From Lytechinus pictus (taxonomy: Eukaryota): a DNA stretch of 64,000 bases. The stretch spans positions 6,696,001 to 6,760,000 of the forward strand of contig NC_087263.1 in NCBI RefSeq assembly GCF_037042905.1, read 5' to 3'. The notes under the pieces were generated by a model. That model had not been told where the DNA came from, made no database searches, and saw nothing but the letters and a program-made list of their open reading frames with translations. Below are positions 13,313 through 26,300 of the stretch, piece by piece. How positions within the stretch are numbered: the stretch's first letter is position 1; every line of letters begins with the position of its first letter. A program made the translations under genes and the position numbers.

Positions 13313-14192
13313 CGCCCTACCGGAAAGGCATTTTTAAGATATATGAAATAAAGTACGCTCGCCGCTGTTGCCTAATAATGCTTCGGCAATTCAACTGCAA
13401 TTTCAGTCATTTCGCGATGGATATTGCCGTGTTTTTTTTGTGGTTTCTGACTTTGCTACTTAATGAAATTTCATAATTTTTGTTCAGTCATAAAGAAGAA
13501 TGTCTATGCTTTATATTGATTATAATATTAATGTGACGCAAGTGTGATTTCTACGTGAAAATATGCTTTGTTTATTCACATATATTTCTTGAAAAAAAAA
13601 AATTCTAAGCTAAATATCGGTTACCAAAATACGTTAAATGTGCACTTTTTTTTCACTGTTCAGTAAATTCAAACTTTTATCTATATAACAAGACCAATAT
13701 TAAGAGCAATAAACAATTCTAAGAGCAAAAAACGCTGATTGGAAAGATCGTCTCCAATGGGCTGCTGTCAGCTCAGCTGCTCACTGCTCATTGTGTGACG
13801 TCACTCAGCTGGAGCTCGCAAGAGGACCGGTGGAAGGCAGAAATATGGCATGAAAATAAATCATTTTTGAGAGCTGATTTCTGCAATCTCTGATCACTAT
13901 TTTGAAAAGTGAAGTTATATATCTGATTAGTAATACTTCCCCTTTACAATGATGACCACATAAAGTCATTATAAAATATTTTTGATTCTTCGGATGTATA
14001 CTGTAAGTAGTACCCTGGCACCAACCCTGTTTTACCGATAATTATGAATTGCGTATACGAGATCGCGCTATTCAAATTGTATCAAGGAACATCGAAGAGT
14101 CCCGTAACCCGTAACACAAAGATTAGCAATCATCGTAGAAGAATATCTTTAAAGTTGATTGCATATTTGCATTGACTATACAGTATACAATC

Positions 14193-14463
14193 CAGGGGCG
14201 GATCCAGCTTTTTATAAAGGGGGGGGGGTTGGGGTGGTATGCGAGGGAGCGTAGCGACCGAGTTCAAGCGAGCGGAGCGAGCGAGGGGGGAGGGTGTGGG
14301 AGGGGGGTGTCCCTCCTCCCACAGTAGGGAAAATTTTTGAAAATCTGTGTGTGAAAATGGCGTTTTCTTGCATCTAAAAAAGATAAGATTTAAAAAAATG
14401 GTCCCCGGATTTTTTTTTTGGGGGGGTTGCAACCCCCCAACCCCCCCTCTAGATCCGCTTCTG
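14193..14463. mobile_element. CAG-terminus MITE with 5-bp TSD (hAT5-like)
   Basis: CAATC|CAGGGGCGGATC...GATCCGCTTCTG|CAATC. Confidence 0.8.
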
Positions 14464-14481
14464 CAATCATTGGTGAAAACC

Positions 14482-14980
14482 CCCGGGGGGGGGGGGCACT
14501 CGACCAAAAAAGTGGTAGGGGTGTGCCGCGGGCGAGACAAAAAACGGGGGCCTTGGAGTGGGCTTATTGTAAAAAGGAGGGTCCTCGGAACGGGCTTCGG
14601 AACTACAAATGTTTGTGAAAACGTGGGTCCTTGGAACGGATCGTGTGAGTGCGTAAGCATGCCTATGGAACGGGCATGCGTGCATGATGCAGCTAGCGCG
14701 GTCTCCGCCGGGTGCGCTCGCACAGAGGCGATGTATTCGGACAGCGCTCTGCGGCCGCTTTTCACCAAAACTGCAGCTCATTGTAGCAGATCAATGCGAC
14801 CGGAACGGCGTAACGAAAAATATGCGAAGCTTTGGAGCGGATTTATTTCTTATTTTTTCTCAAAAGACAAAAATGCTATGCCTTGGAACGGAAATTTGAG
14901 TGTAAAAATGGGGGTCCCCTCCGCGGCACATACCCACTATGCATTATATACTGAGTGCCCCCACCCCCCCCCCCCCCGGG
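14482..14980. mobile_element. Mutator-like MITE with 9-10 bp TSD
   Basis: GGTGAAAACC|CCCGGGGG(G)nCACTC...GAGTGCCCC...CCCGGG|GGTGAAAACC. Confidence 0.75.
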
Positions 14981-15273
14981 GGTGAAAACCAAGCTTACGA
15001 TCAATCGCTAACCTTTCTGTTGACGTGATCCTGACCATTATGTAAAAACCAGTTTGGGATTTCGAAACATTTATCCGTATACAAATAAATCAAGGGGGGC
15101 GTAGCTGGTTTGAGCAGATGGGGAGGTGCACATCCTGGTGGAAGTTGGGAAAATCAGCTGTTGAAAGCAGAAGAAGGGGTACAAATTTGCTTGCCAGTGT
15201 CGGAACTGCACGTGCACCAATGCAACCCCAGCCTACGCCCTTGGAATTAATACGTTTTATCCCATTCTCCATA

Positions 15274-15512
15274 CACTGTAAAAACTGTGGTGTTAAAACT
15301 GACACCAGTTGGTGTTAATAAAGGACCACACCCTGAGGTGTTAAAATTACACCCTAGAGATTGAACATAACACCGAAGAGTGTAAATGTAACAACCAAAG
15401 GTGTTGTAATAACACCTATAGGTGTTAAACTAACACTTTCATTTTAACACCGGTGTAAAATAACTGGTGTGGTCCTCTATGTACACTGGTTAACACCACA
15501 GTTTTTGCTGTG
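15274..15512. mobile_element. CACTG-terminus MITE
   Basis: TA|CACTGTAAAAACTGTGGTGTTAA...TTAACACCACAGTTTTTGCTGTG|TA. Confidence 0.65.
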
Positions 15513-16207
15513 TATAAAAAATGATTATTTTCAAATGCATTTACAAATCTAATGGCATTATCCAATCGTAAACAAAAAGGAAAAGGGAAACATATACACA
15601 TAAAGAGCACATCCTGGTTGTCTTGCATCATTTTTGTTATCAACGCACTTGATCTACGTGGAATAATGGCCAGTAAAATCCAATAATGACCGTCTCTATT
15701 CCAAATCCGCTATGCTTGACACACCGAGGATCATTATCATTGAAATAAAGTTGAAAATATGTATAAAAAGGGACATGTCAATTCTCATTAATTTTCTCCT
15801 TCTCCCTCTCTTGTCTATCTTTATTCATTTATGCCCTCTTCGTCAGGCCAAAATAGATAGTTAGCCAATAGATGCAGTACGCGTGAAAAGCGCGCTGATG
15901 ACCGTGATCACTGTCAAACTCCAAGATGAGCTCATTATAATACTTATAACCACAAACCGAGCACCAAAAGGTTATTCAACGGTAAAAAAAGAAAGAGCAA
16001 AGAACGACATGCATGTATATGCACGCTGGTTTTACCACGATTTCAAAGGCTGCCAATACTTTTAATTTTCGATGTCGGCTTTTATGACAATTCACGTCAT
16101 ATACTGAATACTTCATTAATGAGAAGAAACTCACTTTTTGTTATTTTTTCTTCAATGCATTTCTAAATTTGCTATCTGGTTTTCATCGCAATTTGCGAAT
16201 CTTCAAA

Positions 16208-16219
16208 ATGAGGCGTTTG
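16208..16219 (+). CDS. Secreted YWTD-propeller gene, exon 1 (MRRL)
   Basis: caaaATG AGG CGT TTG|GTAAGT: good start context and a consensus phase-0 donor that joins exon 2 in frame. Confidence 0.55.
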
Positions 16220-16278
16220 GTAAGTTGGCTTATATATGTATATATATATATATATTTTTTTTTTTTTAGCTCAATTTA

Positions 16279-16886
16279 AAGGGGTATTCCGGGCTGAAAA
16301 TAATTTAATTTGAATAAAATAGAGTAAAATTCCCTTCATCAAAATATGCATGCTTAAAAATAAAACAGTTATTGAATTTTAAAACTTAGTAATATTTTGT
16401 TAAAATAGTTATACGCACGAACGTTATCATGAATGTTCGATAGGTGGGCTGATGATGATGTCCCCATCTTCCCCTTTTCCTATGTTAATTCATGAAATCA
16501 TAATCATTTCATATTTTTGATACGTGACGTGTGTGTGATAATTATGTCTCCCCTATAATAAGAAAAAGTTGCATAGATATAATCTAATACATTAATTTAG
16601 TTGTCAATCCGGTTTTCTTTTCTTGGAGGACAAAATTTATTTTAAAGCATAATTTAATGCAATAAATACAACAAAAGATCAAGTGGGATATTACATCATT
16701 AGTTTGCTCATTGAATATTATTTATCAAGACATGTATAGAACAGTTTCACAGAAATAATGCAAGTATTTAAAATGTCATATCTTCGTTATTCCTCGTCCG
16801 ATTATTATAATATTTTCCCCGTTTTGTTTGTCAGGCATTCTTTATCTATTCAAATCATATTGTTTCAGCCTGCATGGACTATCCTT
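16279..16886. mobile_element. Kolobok-like MITE (related subfamily)
   Basis: TTAA|AGGGGTATTCCGGGCTGAAA...TTTCAGCCTGCATGGACTATCCT; internal layout resembles the 0.57-kb family. Confidence 0.5.
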
Positions 16887-17289
16887 TTGAGGATAAGACC
16901 GTAAAAAAGACAAGTTCATAATATATTCGTGCATGTTGATTACTTAAATTGAAGTTTATTTGATGGTCCGAATTTTATAATTTTCCCCCTTTTTCTTCTT
17001 TGTCATTCTCTTTGTTTCTTTGTTTCTTCCTTTTTTCATTCCTTCCTTCCTTCCTTTCTTTCTTTCTTTCTTTATTTCTTTCTATTTTACTTACTTCCTT
17101 TCTTTCCTTGCTTCCTTTCGTCTTCTAATTAGGTAGTTGCCTTTTTGGTCTACACTATCAAAAACGGGCACTAAAACAAAATACGCGTAAATGAAGAAAA
17201 AAAAAAGAACATCCCATTTTCATGACAAAATAATGGATGGACATTGGATACTGACACGTCCCCCAAATTTTTTTACAAACTTTACAATA

Positions 17290-17594
17290 AAGACCAACTA
17301 GACTGAACCAAAAAATATTAAAACAATGGTAATTCCACATATTTGGGGAGGAAGAAACTCCCTTCAGATGATAGTGAGGAGAAAAGTAGAATATTTCATA
17401 TTTCATTTAATAGATTAAATCGAAATAGTGAGTGGATGATGTAATTAGTCACCTCATTTGCATACTGACCAGGATGTGCATATAACTGTTTTGTGAAATT
17501 ATGCGAAATCAAAAAATGTCATATTCAGTGTTGCTCTTGTTGGATTTTTCTCTTTTTATTCAAATCAACATTTTCTTGAGGTGGACTTATCGTT
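17290..17594. mobile_element. Kolobok-like MITE, right half
   Basis: Family-internal sequence ending GAGGTGGACTTATCGT|TTAA. Confidence 0.55.
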
Positions 17595-17784
17595 TAAAGT
17601 AGCGCCCTCTGCTATGTAGTTTACTGGACGTTTGTGGTGCGGACTAATTTCGTGCGGGCCCGGTGCAGACCAAACAATCATGAGTTTAAACAGTATGTGA
17701 GACCGCCCCCCCCCCCTCCCGTCAAGGGCTCTGGATCATCATGACCATATTATTATCATATTCTGTATAATTTGCTTTCTGTAG

Positions 17785-17842
17785 GCTGGCTTGAACTTGC
17801 TAATCAACTGGTTGCTCATCTTCTCATTCATCTCATCAAAAG
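17785..17842 (+). CDS. Secreted YWTD gene, exon 2 (signal peptide core AGLNLLINWLLIFSFISSK)
   Basis: TTTCTGTAG| acceptor and G|GTAT donor, phase 0 to 1; encodes a hydrophobic h-region. Confidence 0.55.
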
Positions 17843-18940
17843 GTATATGGTCACTATTGCTCCCAGGGAACGTTTACTTTGTGTTACGGCGCATTGCAAG
17901 ATACCTACGTTCATTTAAATTGTGTAAATAGCCAAACCATTTGAGGGGACAAAACAAGGATTCTGTGAGAAAATGTGTAAAAGTTGCGAGAGAGCGAAGC
18001 GAGTTAGCATTTAAGATGCGAATCTAATTTTTGTGACAGATAGTATGTCAAAATATGACATACTAATATGACATACTATTCAACAAGTAATATCATATTC
18101 CTGTCAATTTCTCTTCCTTTTTTGTGGGGGGGGGGGGGGCTCTCGCCCCCGTTCCTTTTTATGCAAGTATAGGCCAAGCGCAAATCAAGCGTAGCTTGTC
18201 GTTGATATTCCAAAAAGCAAGCGTAATATTTAGCGAGTTCCAGTAATCGGATATCATACAGCTTCAAATTTGCCTTTAATCAAATGTTGGGACTAGTTAT
18301 TTTGGGCATACCCTTAATTGGTATCAAATATAAATTTCGTGCAATTCCCCATTAGTATTATGATTTTTAATTGATTTGTCGATTCTAGAAAATATATCTT
18401 GCTTTTTTTTAATCATGTTTATACTATCCGATATATACTGTAATTCACATTGATGTAGCGCCTTTTCACACGTGAATCTTGAATCATCATTGTAATGATG
18501 ATTGCAATTTGTCTTTAGAATCATCGGACCTTTCGAACGCTCACTCGAAAACTGTGATTTTAGTGAACCTTAACTGGAATTCACCTCCGGAGGAGAATTT
18601 GAATTTGTGATTGTGGTGTTCGTGATTCTAGTCATGTTCGGTTTCACACGAGCTGAAAATTCGTCATTAGCCTTATTTTTCACTGGAACCATCATTAAAA
18701 TTACGATTTTTTTACCGTAGGAAAGGGTGGGTAGACTTACTAGAAATTGATTTAATGTAAATCACCACATTCAATACGACTGTTCGGACTGTACACCAAC
18801 GACGGTATGTCGTCGGAGATTACGTAGTAGCTTTGGTCGGTGAATAGTCTGTTTCAGTTGTGTGACAGGCATTACAGTATTCTAGGCTTTACATTGTGCA
18901 TGTAATTTGCATCTGACGGAGAGTCCCGTTTATTTTACAG

Positions 18941-19120
18941 TCGTCTGTGCCTCCGTCTATTCCACATCATCTCCAAGTGCAGACTGTCATGACTATAACG
19001 AGCATTGCAACGTCAAGACCTTTTGTCGAATGATAAAGCTTCGCAATGGCACCGAGATACCAACTGCGCTTAAGAAGATTGCCCTTGGCGGCAGAAATGT
19101 ATTTGCTTGCAAGATTGCAG
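18941..19120 (+). CDS. Secreted YWTD gene, exon 3 (signal cleavage VCA|S plus Cys-containing EGF-like segment)
   Basis: TTTTACAG| ... G|GTAAG: a 180-nt open, symmetric phase-1 exon with CHDYNEHCNVKTFC...AC. Confidence 0.6.
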
Positions 19121-19347
19121 GTAAGAAGTACGATAAAGTATTTATATTTTTATAGTATAAAGTATTTACTCCTCTAGTAGTTGTAGTAGTACTATAGTAG
19201 TAGTAATACTAAATGTGGTATTTGTAGTAGTAGTGTTACGAATAAACTTGATAGTATCGTATTAAGGTCAATTTATTTCAACATATTATTATCATGTAGA
19301 GAGAATTAAGATTTTGCTCTTCGGAACATGACTAATGGACTGTTTCC

Positions 19348-20532
19348 ATGGTTTCGGAAAAACGATTGGCATTGGTGAACTGTGGGAAAACGGAACGCGT
19401 GAAAAGGAAAGTGACGTCTTTTATCTTAACGGGTGAAACTTCGTCGTTCTTTTCAACCCTGTATGATTTTGACTCGGACTGCTACCCACTCCTCAGGCTA
19501 GAGGATTGCATTGACAGAGTAGGAAATGCGAAGTGTGTCAGTAAGATAGATATTTTAAAGGGTTATTGGCAGGTGCCATTAACAGACAGGGCGAAGGAAA
19601 TTTCTGCATTTGCCACCCCGGATGGGTTCTATCAATGTAAGGTAATGCCCTTTGGTCTTAAAAATGCCCCTGCCACATTTCAAAGATTGATGAATGAAGT
19701 CACACAGGGTATTGAGAACTGCGTAGTGTATATCGATGATATTATCATCTTTAGTGACACTTGGGAGTCTCATCTATCACAGTTGCGCAATCTATTTGAG
19801 AGACTGATCAAGGCTAACCTGGTAATAAATATGCAGAAGAGTGAATTCATGAAGGCCAGGGTAACGTATTTGGGACACATTGTAGGTCATGGTGTTGTTG
19901 CGCCTAGGGATGCTAAAGTTGAAGCTATTTTAGCTTTCCCATGTCCGACTGGCAGACGCGAGATTCTGCGCTTTATGGGAATGTGTGGCTTCTATCGGAG
20001 GTTTGTGCCTAATTTCAGCTCCATAGCAGTGCCTCTGACAGACCTGTTGAAGAAAGGGGTTAGGTTTGTTTGGTCTGAGCGCTGCCAGCAAGCATTTGAC
20101 TGCTTAAAGGCTATCCTTACTCGGGATCCTGTGCTTGCAGCACCGGATTTTAGCAAGCCTTTCAAGTTGGACATTGGCGCGAGTGACATAGGAGTAGGAG
20201 CGGTACTGTTTCAGACTGATGACAGTGAGGTAGACAAGCCTGTCGGTTATTTCTCACGCAAGCTAAATGGGTACCAAAGAAAGTACTCAACAGTTGAAAA
20301 GGAAACTTTGGGTTTGGTGCTTGCTGTACAACACTTTGAGGTTTATGTCACTAGCGGTGTTGGCGACATACAAGTATACAATGACCACAACCCGCTTTCC
20401 TTTTTAGACAAGTTCAGGAATAAGAACCAGCGATTGTTTCGTTGGAGTATCCTCTTGCAGCCTTACATCTTGAAAATAGAGCATATTTCTGGTAAAAATA
20501 ACATAATCACGGATGCTTTGTCTCGAGTCTAG
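19348..20532 (+). CDS. LTR-initiated chimeric ORF: truncated RT plus RNase H of the upstream copy
   Basis: About 43 LTR-derived codons fused to DCYPL...MPFGLKNAPATFQR...YIDD...YFSRKL...DHNPL...DALSR; no internal stops. Confidence 0.7.
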   Translation: MVSEKRLALVNCGKTERVKRKVTSFILTGETSSFFSTLYDFDSDCYPLLRLEDCIDRVGNAKCVSKIDILKGYWQVPLTDRAKEISAFATPDGFYQCKVMPFGLKNAPATFQRLMNEVTQGIENCVVYIDDIIIFSDTWESHLSQLRNLFERLIKANLVINMQKSEFMKARVTYLGHIVGHGVVAPRDAKVEAILAFPCPTGRREILRFMGMCGFYRRFVPNFSSIAVPLTDLLKKGVRFVWSERCQQAFDCLKAILTRDPVLAAPDFSKPFKLDIGASDIGVGAVLFQTDDSEVDKPVGYFSRKLNGYQRKYSTVEKETLGLVLAVQHFEVYVTSGVGDIQVYNDHNPLSFLDKFRNKNQRLFRWSILLQPYILKIEHISGKNNIITDALSRV

Positions 20533-21046
20533 GTTCACGTTTCTATGTATATATGTTGATACAAACCTCATGATGCTTGTGAAAATGTGAAAAACTGATA
20601 CAGGTAATAATTGTATGGCTGTGCCATGTGTTAAATATTTACAACTTTGTTACTTGTTGTTGTTGATCAGAACTATGATGATGATATTACTAGGGAAGTG
20701 AAAATCTTGCTTGGAGACAACCTTGTTCTTTTGTAGTATGAAAATTATCTTAATGACATTTTTTTTTTCTTTATGGGTGGAGGCATTAGAAATAGTAATT
20801 TTTTTGTTTTGTTTACAGGAAGAAACAGAAAATGATGAAAAAAAAATGTCATGAATTTCGTGTTAGAAAGAGGTGGTTTTAGAACATAAACAATAGAAAA
20901 TGATGGAAAAAATGTCAAGATATTACATTTTACTTTCAATTTGTTTGGAGTTTTTACAAAGAAACCTTTGAAGAAGTAAATGTGATGAAAGAAAAATGTA
21001 AAATTATATAACTTTATAACATTTTTCTTTTCTTTTAGGGTGGAGG

Positions 21047-22139
21047 TGTTACGAATAAACTTGATAGTATCGTATTAAGGTTAAGTTTATTTCAACATAT
21101 TATTATCATGTAGAGAGAATTAAGATTTTGCTCTTCGGAACATGACTAATGGACTGTTTCCATGGTTTCGGAAAAACGATTGGCATTGGTGAACTGTGGG
21201 GAAAGCGGAACGCGTGAAAAGGAAAGTGACGTCTTTTATTTTAACGAGTGAAAATTCGTCGTTCTTTTCAACCCTGCATGATTTTGACTCGAGATGAAAG
21301 TTATTTTGAATATTAGCTGAACTTATTATTCTTTCTACCAAGATGTGGACTTTTGCCTGAATGTTTCCACGCATTGAATAATGAGATTTGGAACCGAGTT
21401 CGAAAATGTCTCTGCATAACATTTAAATGAACTGTTGGGACTACACGCACATAGTACGCTTCGGATATGTAATCTACACAACATTAATGTGGACTTGCAC
21501 AGTGAACGCTGTCAACTAGTATTGGATGAACTTCACAATCACATGAACACACTAATCGGCAATTAAATCGCGAACTGGACTGTGAGTACACCATGAAGAC
21601 TCCCAGAATAAAACTGAATTCAGTCTCACTGCTAGTACTGGGCCCCAACATTTATTTTTGGTAAAGTTAAACTAAACTAGTAACAAATCAAATCTGGGTC
21701 TAACATTGTTTATAGTTTGCATCGGTATCGTACATGTATTTGTAACGTCGTTAGACAGGCCTGATTGTATTGTAAATTCTAATCTAGATCTAGAACTAAG
21801 TAGGCTTAGCCTTAGGCTGAATTAGTGAGCTCATAGTCTTAATCCACTAATCAGCTAATAGCTGAAATAAGAGTTGAATGCATTGGGATTTGAGTGACGG
21901 TCATACAAATTGTGAAACAATGTTCGATTTACAATTTTATCGAACCTGCTGAAATTATAATTGAAGCATGTTGTTGCGATTCGGAAGAAACTTTTGTTGT
22001 TTTTAACTTTGCTTACGAGATGCAAAGTTATGATTAAAGGTCCAAAGCAGGACGATTTCATTCTTACTTAAACTTTATGATTGCTTTAGTGTATTTTTTT
22101 TTGGTGAATTTGAAGTAGAGATAATTCTTTGTCATAACA
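21047..22139 (+). repeat. Central (shared) LTR
   Basis: TGTTACG...TCATAACA, preceded by a purine-rich tract and followed by a PBS; near-identical to 27099-28181. Confidence 0.92.
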
Positions 22140-22141
22140 AA

Positions 22142-22158
22142 TGGGGGCTTGTCCGGGA
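22142..22158 (+). other. Primer binding site (tRNA-Pro type)
   Basis: TGGGGGCTTGTCCGGGA, 2 nt after the LTR, complementary to the 3' end of tRNA-Pro. Confidence 0.75.
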
Positions 22159-22294
22159 GATGAACGTATTCAAGCCATATCTCTTTGAGTATTACTTACA
22201 ATAGTGATATTGCATGGTTGTTTTCTTTGTTTGCTCATTTTACTTGATAAACTGATATTTCAGTATTGCAGAAGAATTAGATATTGGAAAATTT

Positions 22295-23333
22295 ATGCAG
22301 GCCATATCACTTGGTGAAATCAAGAATTTGAAAAAGAGTGAGTTGAAAGCAGTCGCCAGTCACGTGGGCTTGATGATAGATTCAAAGCTAAGAAAGGATG
22401 AAATAGTTGACATTCTATCTGACCATTTTGAACTCGAGTCAGTAGATCGCAAAGGCAACGGCAATATTGATGTTGAGTTAGCCAAGCTAGAATTAGAGAA
22501 AGAAAGACTAAAAGTTGAGGCCAAGCAATTAGACACAAAGAAGTTGGAAATGGAATCTAGTCTAAAGTATACTCAGTTTGATTTGACTCAAGAATCAAGA
22601 CTGGTGCCGAAATTTTGCGAGGATGAAATTGATGCTTTCTTTTTGGCTTTTGAAAAGTTAGCAAGGAGGTTAGATTGGCCTAAGCAATTTTGGACGCTGC
22701 TTATTCAGACTGCTCTTGTTGGTAAGGCCCAAGAGGTATTTTCGTCTCTGTCTGAAAAAGAATCGGAGAATTATGAGTCAGTGAAGGCAGTTATTTTATC
22801 TGCATATGAATTAGTACCTGAAGCTTATAGGCGGCAGTTTCGGGAGGCTAGGAAAAAAATCAGATCAAACATACGTTGAGCTTGTAAAAGAAAAGACAAT
22901 GTATTTTGATCGCTGGGTTGGTGCTTTGAAAATCAAATCTGATTATGAGTCTCTTAGGGAAGCAATGATATTAGAGGATTTCAAGGGTTCCTTGCCTACT
23001 CAGACTAGACTACATGTTGAGGAACAAGGAATTACCCAGCTGCACAGGGCTGCTGTAGTATCTGATGAGTATGAACTGTTGCACAAGAATAAAGTGGGCC
23101 CTAAATTTGACAGTGTCAAGGAAGGGTCACTACCCAGGTCAACTGTTAGGTCAGATATGAGCTCTCAGTCCCAGCATGAAAGCAAACCGGGTGATCCGCA
23201 GGGTGCGCGAAGTAAATCTAAATTGCAATGCACGTATTGTTCAAAGAAAGGGCATACAGAATCTAAATGTTGGAGGTTAGCATATGATAAACATGACAAG
23301 AAGGAAGTGATGTTCATCAAACCAAGTACATGA
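22295..23333 (+). pseudogene. Gmr1 gag (SCAN-like capsid region, CCHC knuckle), frameshifted
   Basis: VPEAYRRQFR...FDRW...ILEDFKGSLP and CTYCSKKGHTESKC; split across two ORFs at an A-run near 22853-22860. Confidence 0.8.
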
Positions 23334-23375
23334 GAGCAGGTTGGTAGAGAGGTAGACCGAAAAGATAAATGTCGT

Positions 23376-26300
23376 TTGACTAAGTCAGTTGATGATTCAG
23401 TAGAAAGGACGACTGATGGTTTTCGCGGTTTTCTGTCTCATGGTACTGTGTCTCACTCTGATGGCGAATTGAGGCCGGTTATTATCCTTCGGGATACTGG
23501 GTCGTTGCAAACCCTGTTAGTTGCAGATGTAGCACATTTGCCCGAGGATAGTTGGACAGGACTATATGCGCTCGTAAGGGGCATTGGGGAAGGCTATATC
23601 TCGGTGCCACTGTACAAGGCAGGGGCCGCGGAACCGGGGGGGGGGGGCTGGGGTTCAGCCCCCACTTTTTTCCAAAACCGTGTACAAAAACGTAAAAATT
23701 ACCATATGATTGTGATTTTTAGCATGGTCAGCCCCCCCACTTTTGGCTCAGCCCCCCCCCCCCCCACTTTCAAAACCGTTCCGCGGCCCCTGCAAGGTAT
23801 ACCTAGAGAGTGATATTGTGTCTGGGCTGGTTACAGTTGGGGTAGTTTCTAGTCTGCCAATGGAGGGCGTAAATATGTTGATGGGCAATGACTTGGCTGG
23901 TGAGAGAGTGAGAGGTTCACCTATAGTGTCCGATGATCCTGTTTCTGGAACCGAGACTGAGCAATTGCAGGATGATTTCCCTGGCATATTTCCTGCATGT
24001 GCAGTAACAAGGTCACAACTTCGTAGGTCTATGAGAGATGACGATGAGTCGATAGAGTTGAGTGATAATTCGGAGGTCTTGTTGGCGGAAACATTCTTTC
24101 AGGATTTAGAGAGTAAGGCGGATGAGATAGAGTCTAACGGTGAGAGGTATTGTCGGTCATCTCTAATTGAGGCTCAACACGGTGACCCTTCACTTCAGCG
24201 GTTGTTTCCGGTGGCAATTTCTGAGGAGGAAGCTCAAGATAGCCCACAGTGTTTCTACATAAAATCCGAGGTCCTGATGAGGAAATGGAGGCCTCCGTCA
24301 AGACCAGCCACCGAGGAATGGTCGATACTTCATCAGATTGTTTTGCCTCAGTCTTATCGACAGGAGGTTCTGCGGATGGCACATGAAATTCCTGTAGGCG
24401 GTCATCTAGGCACCAGGAAGACTCGGTCTAAAGTTACCAAACATTTCTTTTGGCCCGGCTTACATAAAGATGTGTCGGAATTTTGCAGGTCTTGCCACAC
24501 TTGTCAGATGGTGGGGAAGCCCCAACCTTGTATAAAGCCCGCGCCTTTAATCCCAATTCCGGCGTTAAGTGAACCTTTCAGTAGAGTGTTGGTAGACTGT
24601 GTCGGACCATTGCCTCGAACCAAGTCGGGGTGTAAATATCTTTTGATAATCATGGATGTGTCTTCTAGGTTTCCTGAAGCAGTACCTTTAAGGACGATTA
24701 CAGCGAAGACTGTTTTAGATGCCTTGTTGCACTTTTTTTTACAAGATATGGCCTTCCGAAGGAAATACAGTCGGATCAGGGATCTCATTTTATGTCTGGT
24801 GTTTTCAAACAGGTCATGTCTGAATTGGGTGTTCACCACCTTAGATCCACAGCTTATCACCCGCAGTCACAAGGTGCAATCGAGAGGTTTCATCAGACTT
24901 TGAAGACGATGATCAAAGCATATTGTGCAGATTTCCCAGATGATTGGAATAAGGGTATTCCTTTCTTGTTATTTTCTATCAGAGATGCTCCTAACGAGTC
25001 TACCACCTACACGCCTTTTGAGCGTGTGTTTGGACACGAGGTTCGAGGTCCCCTTAAGTTGGTCAAGGAGAAGCTCTTAGAGGAAACAGGACCTGAAGAG
25101 TGCAATATCTTGGAGTATGTATCCAACTTCAGGGGTAGACTTTCAAAGGCATGTGACCTAGCAAGGGAACACTTAAGGATTTCGCAGAAAGACATGAAGG
25201 TCAGAGCTGATAGGAAAGCCAAGGTTCGAAGTTTTTCGCCTGGTGACAAGGTGTTGGTACTCTTACCTATTCCGGGGGAACCTCTGAAAGCAAGGTTCAG
25301 TGGCCCTTATGTTGTCATTAAGCAGTTGAACAATGTAAACTATGTGGCGAGCACACACCAAGTTCGGGCGGAAGTTCAAACGATGCTCAATAATGATATC
25401 ATAGAACCTAGTAAAAGTTCCTGGAGCTCGCCTATTTTCCTTGTACCTAAGCCTGACGGTAGTCAAAGATTCTGTATCGACTATCGCAAAGTCAATAATG
25501 TAACGAAGACAGACTGCTACCCACTCCCCAGTCTAGAGGATTGCATTGACAGAGTAGGAAATGCGAAGTGTGTCAGTAAGATAGATCTTTTAAAGGGTTA
25601 TTGGCAGGTGCCATTGACAGACAGGGCGAAGGAAATTTCTGCATTTGCCACCCCGGATGGGTTCTATCAATGTAAGGTAATGCCCTTTGGTCTTAAAAAT
25701 GCCCCTGCCACATTTCAAAGATTGATGAATGAAGTCACACAGTGTATTGATAACTGCGTAGTGTATATCGATGATATTATCATCTTCAGTGACACTTGGG
25801 AGTCTCATCTATCACAGTTGCGCAATTTCTTTGAGAGACTGGTCAAGGCTAACCTGGTAATAAATATCCAGAAGAGTGAATTCATGAAGGCCAGGGTAAC
25901 GTATTTGGGACACATTGTAGGTCATGGTGTTGTTGCGCCTAGGGATGCTAAAGTTGAAGCTATTTTAGCTTTCCCATGTCCGACTGGCAGACGCGAGATT
26001 CTGCGCTTTCTGGGAATGTGTGGCTTCTATCATGTCTATCGGAGGTTTGTGCCTAATTTCAGCTCCATAGCATTGCCTCTGACAGACCTGTTGAAGAAAG
26101 GGGTTAGGTTTGTTTGGTCTGAGCGCTGCCAGCAAGCATTTGACTGCTTAAAGGCTATCCTTACTCGGGATCCTGTGCTTGTGGCACCGGATTTTAGCAA
26201 GCCTTTCAAGTTGGCCATTGACGCGAGTGACATAGGAGTAGGAGCGGTACTGTTTCAGACTGATGACAGTAAGGTAGAGAAGCCTGTCGGTTATTTCTCA

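Larger units (their letters stand above)
14097..15032. mobile_element. Harbinger-like MITE hosting two nested MITEs
   Basis: Left end GTCCCGTAAC...ACAAAGATTAGCAATCATCGTA is inverse to right end TACGATCAATCGCTAACCTTTCTGTTGACG. Confidence 0.5.

Noticed and set aside
14130-14985. Two overlapping 212-aa ORFs
   Set aside because: They lie wholly in GC-rich nested MITEs; no protein motifs.
19060-19120. WAP-like Cys pattern in an alternative frame (NCA*EDCPWRQKCICLQDC)
   Set aside because: It contains a stop and ends in phase 2, which is incompatible with the next exon; the other frame is open and phase-symmetric.
21120-22061. Antisense ORFs repeated at 27198-28103
   Set aside because: Repeated only because they lie in the LTR; no coding features.
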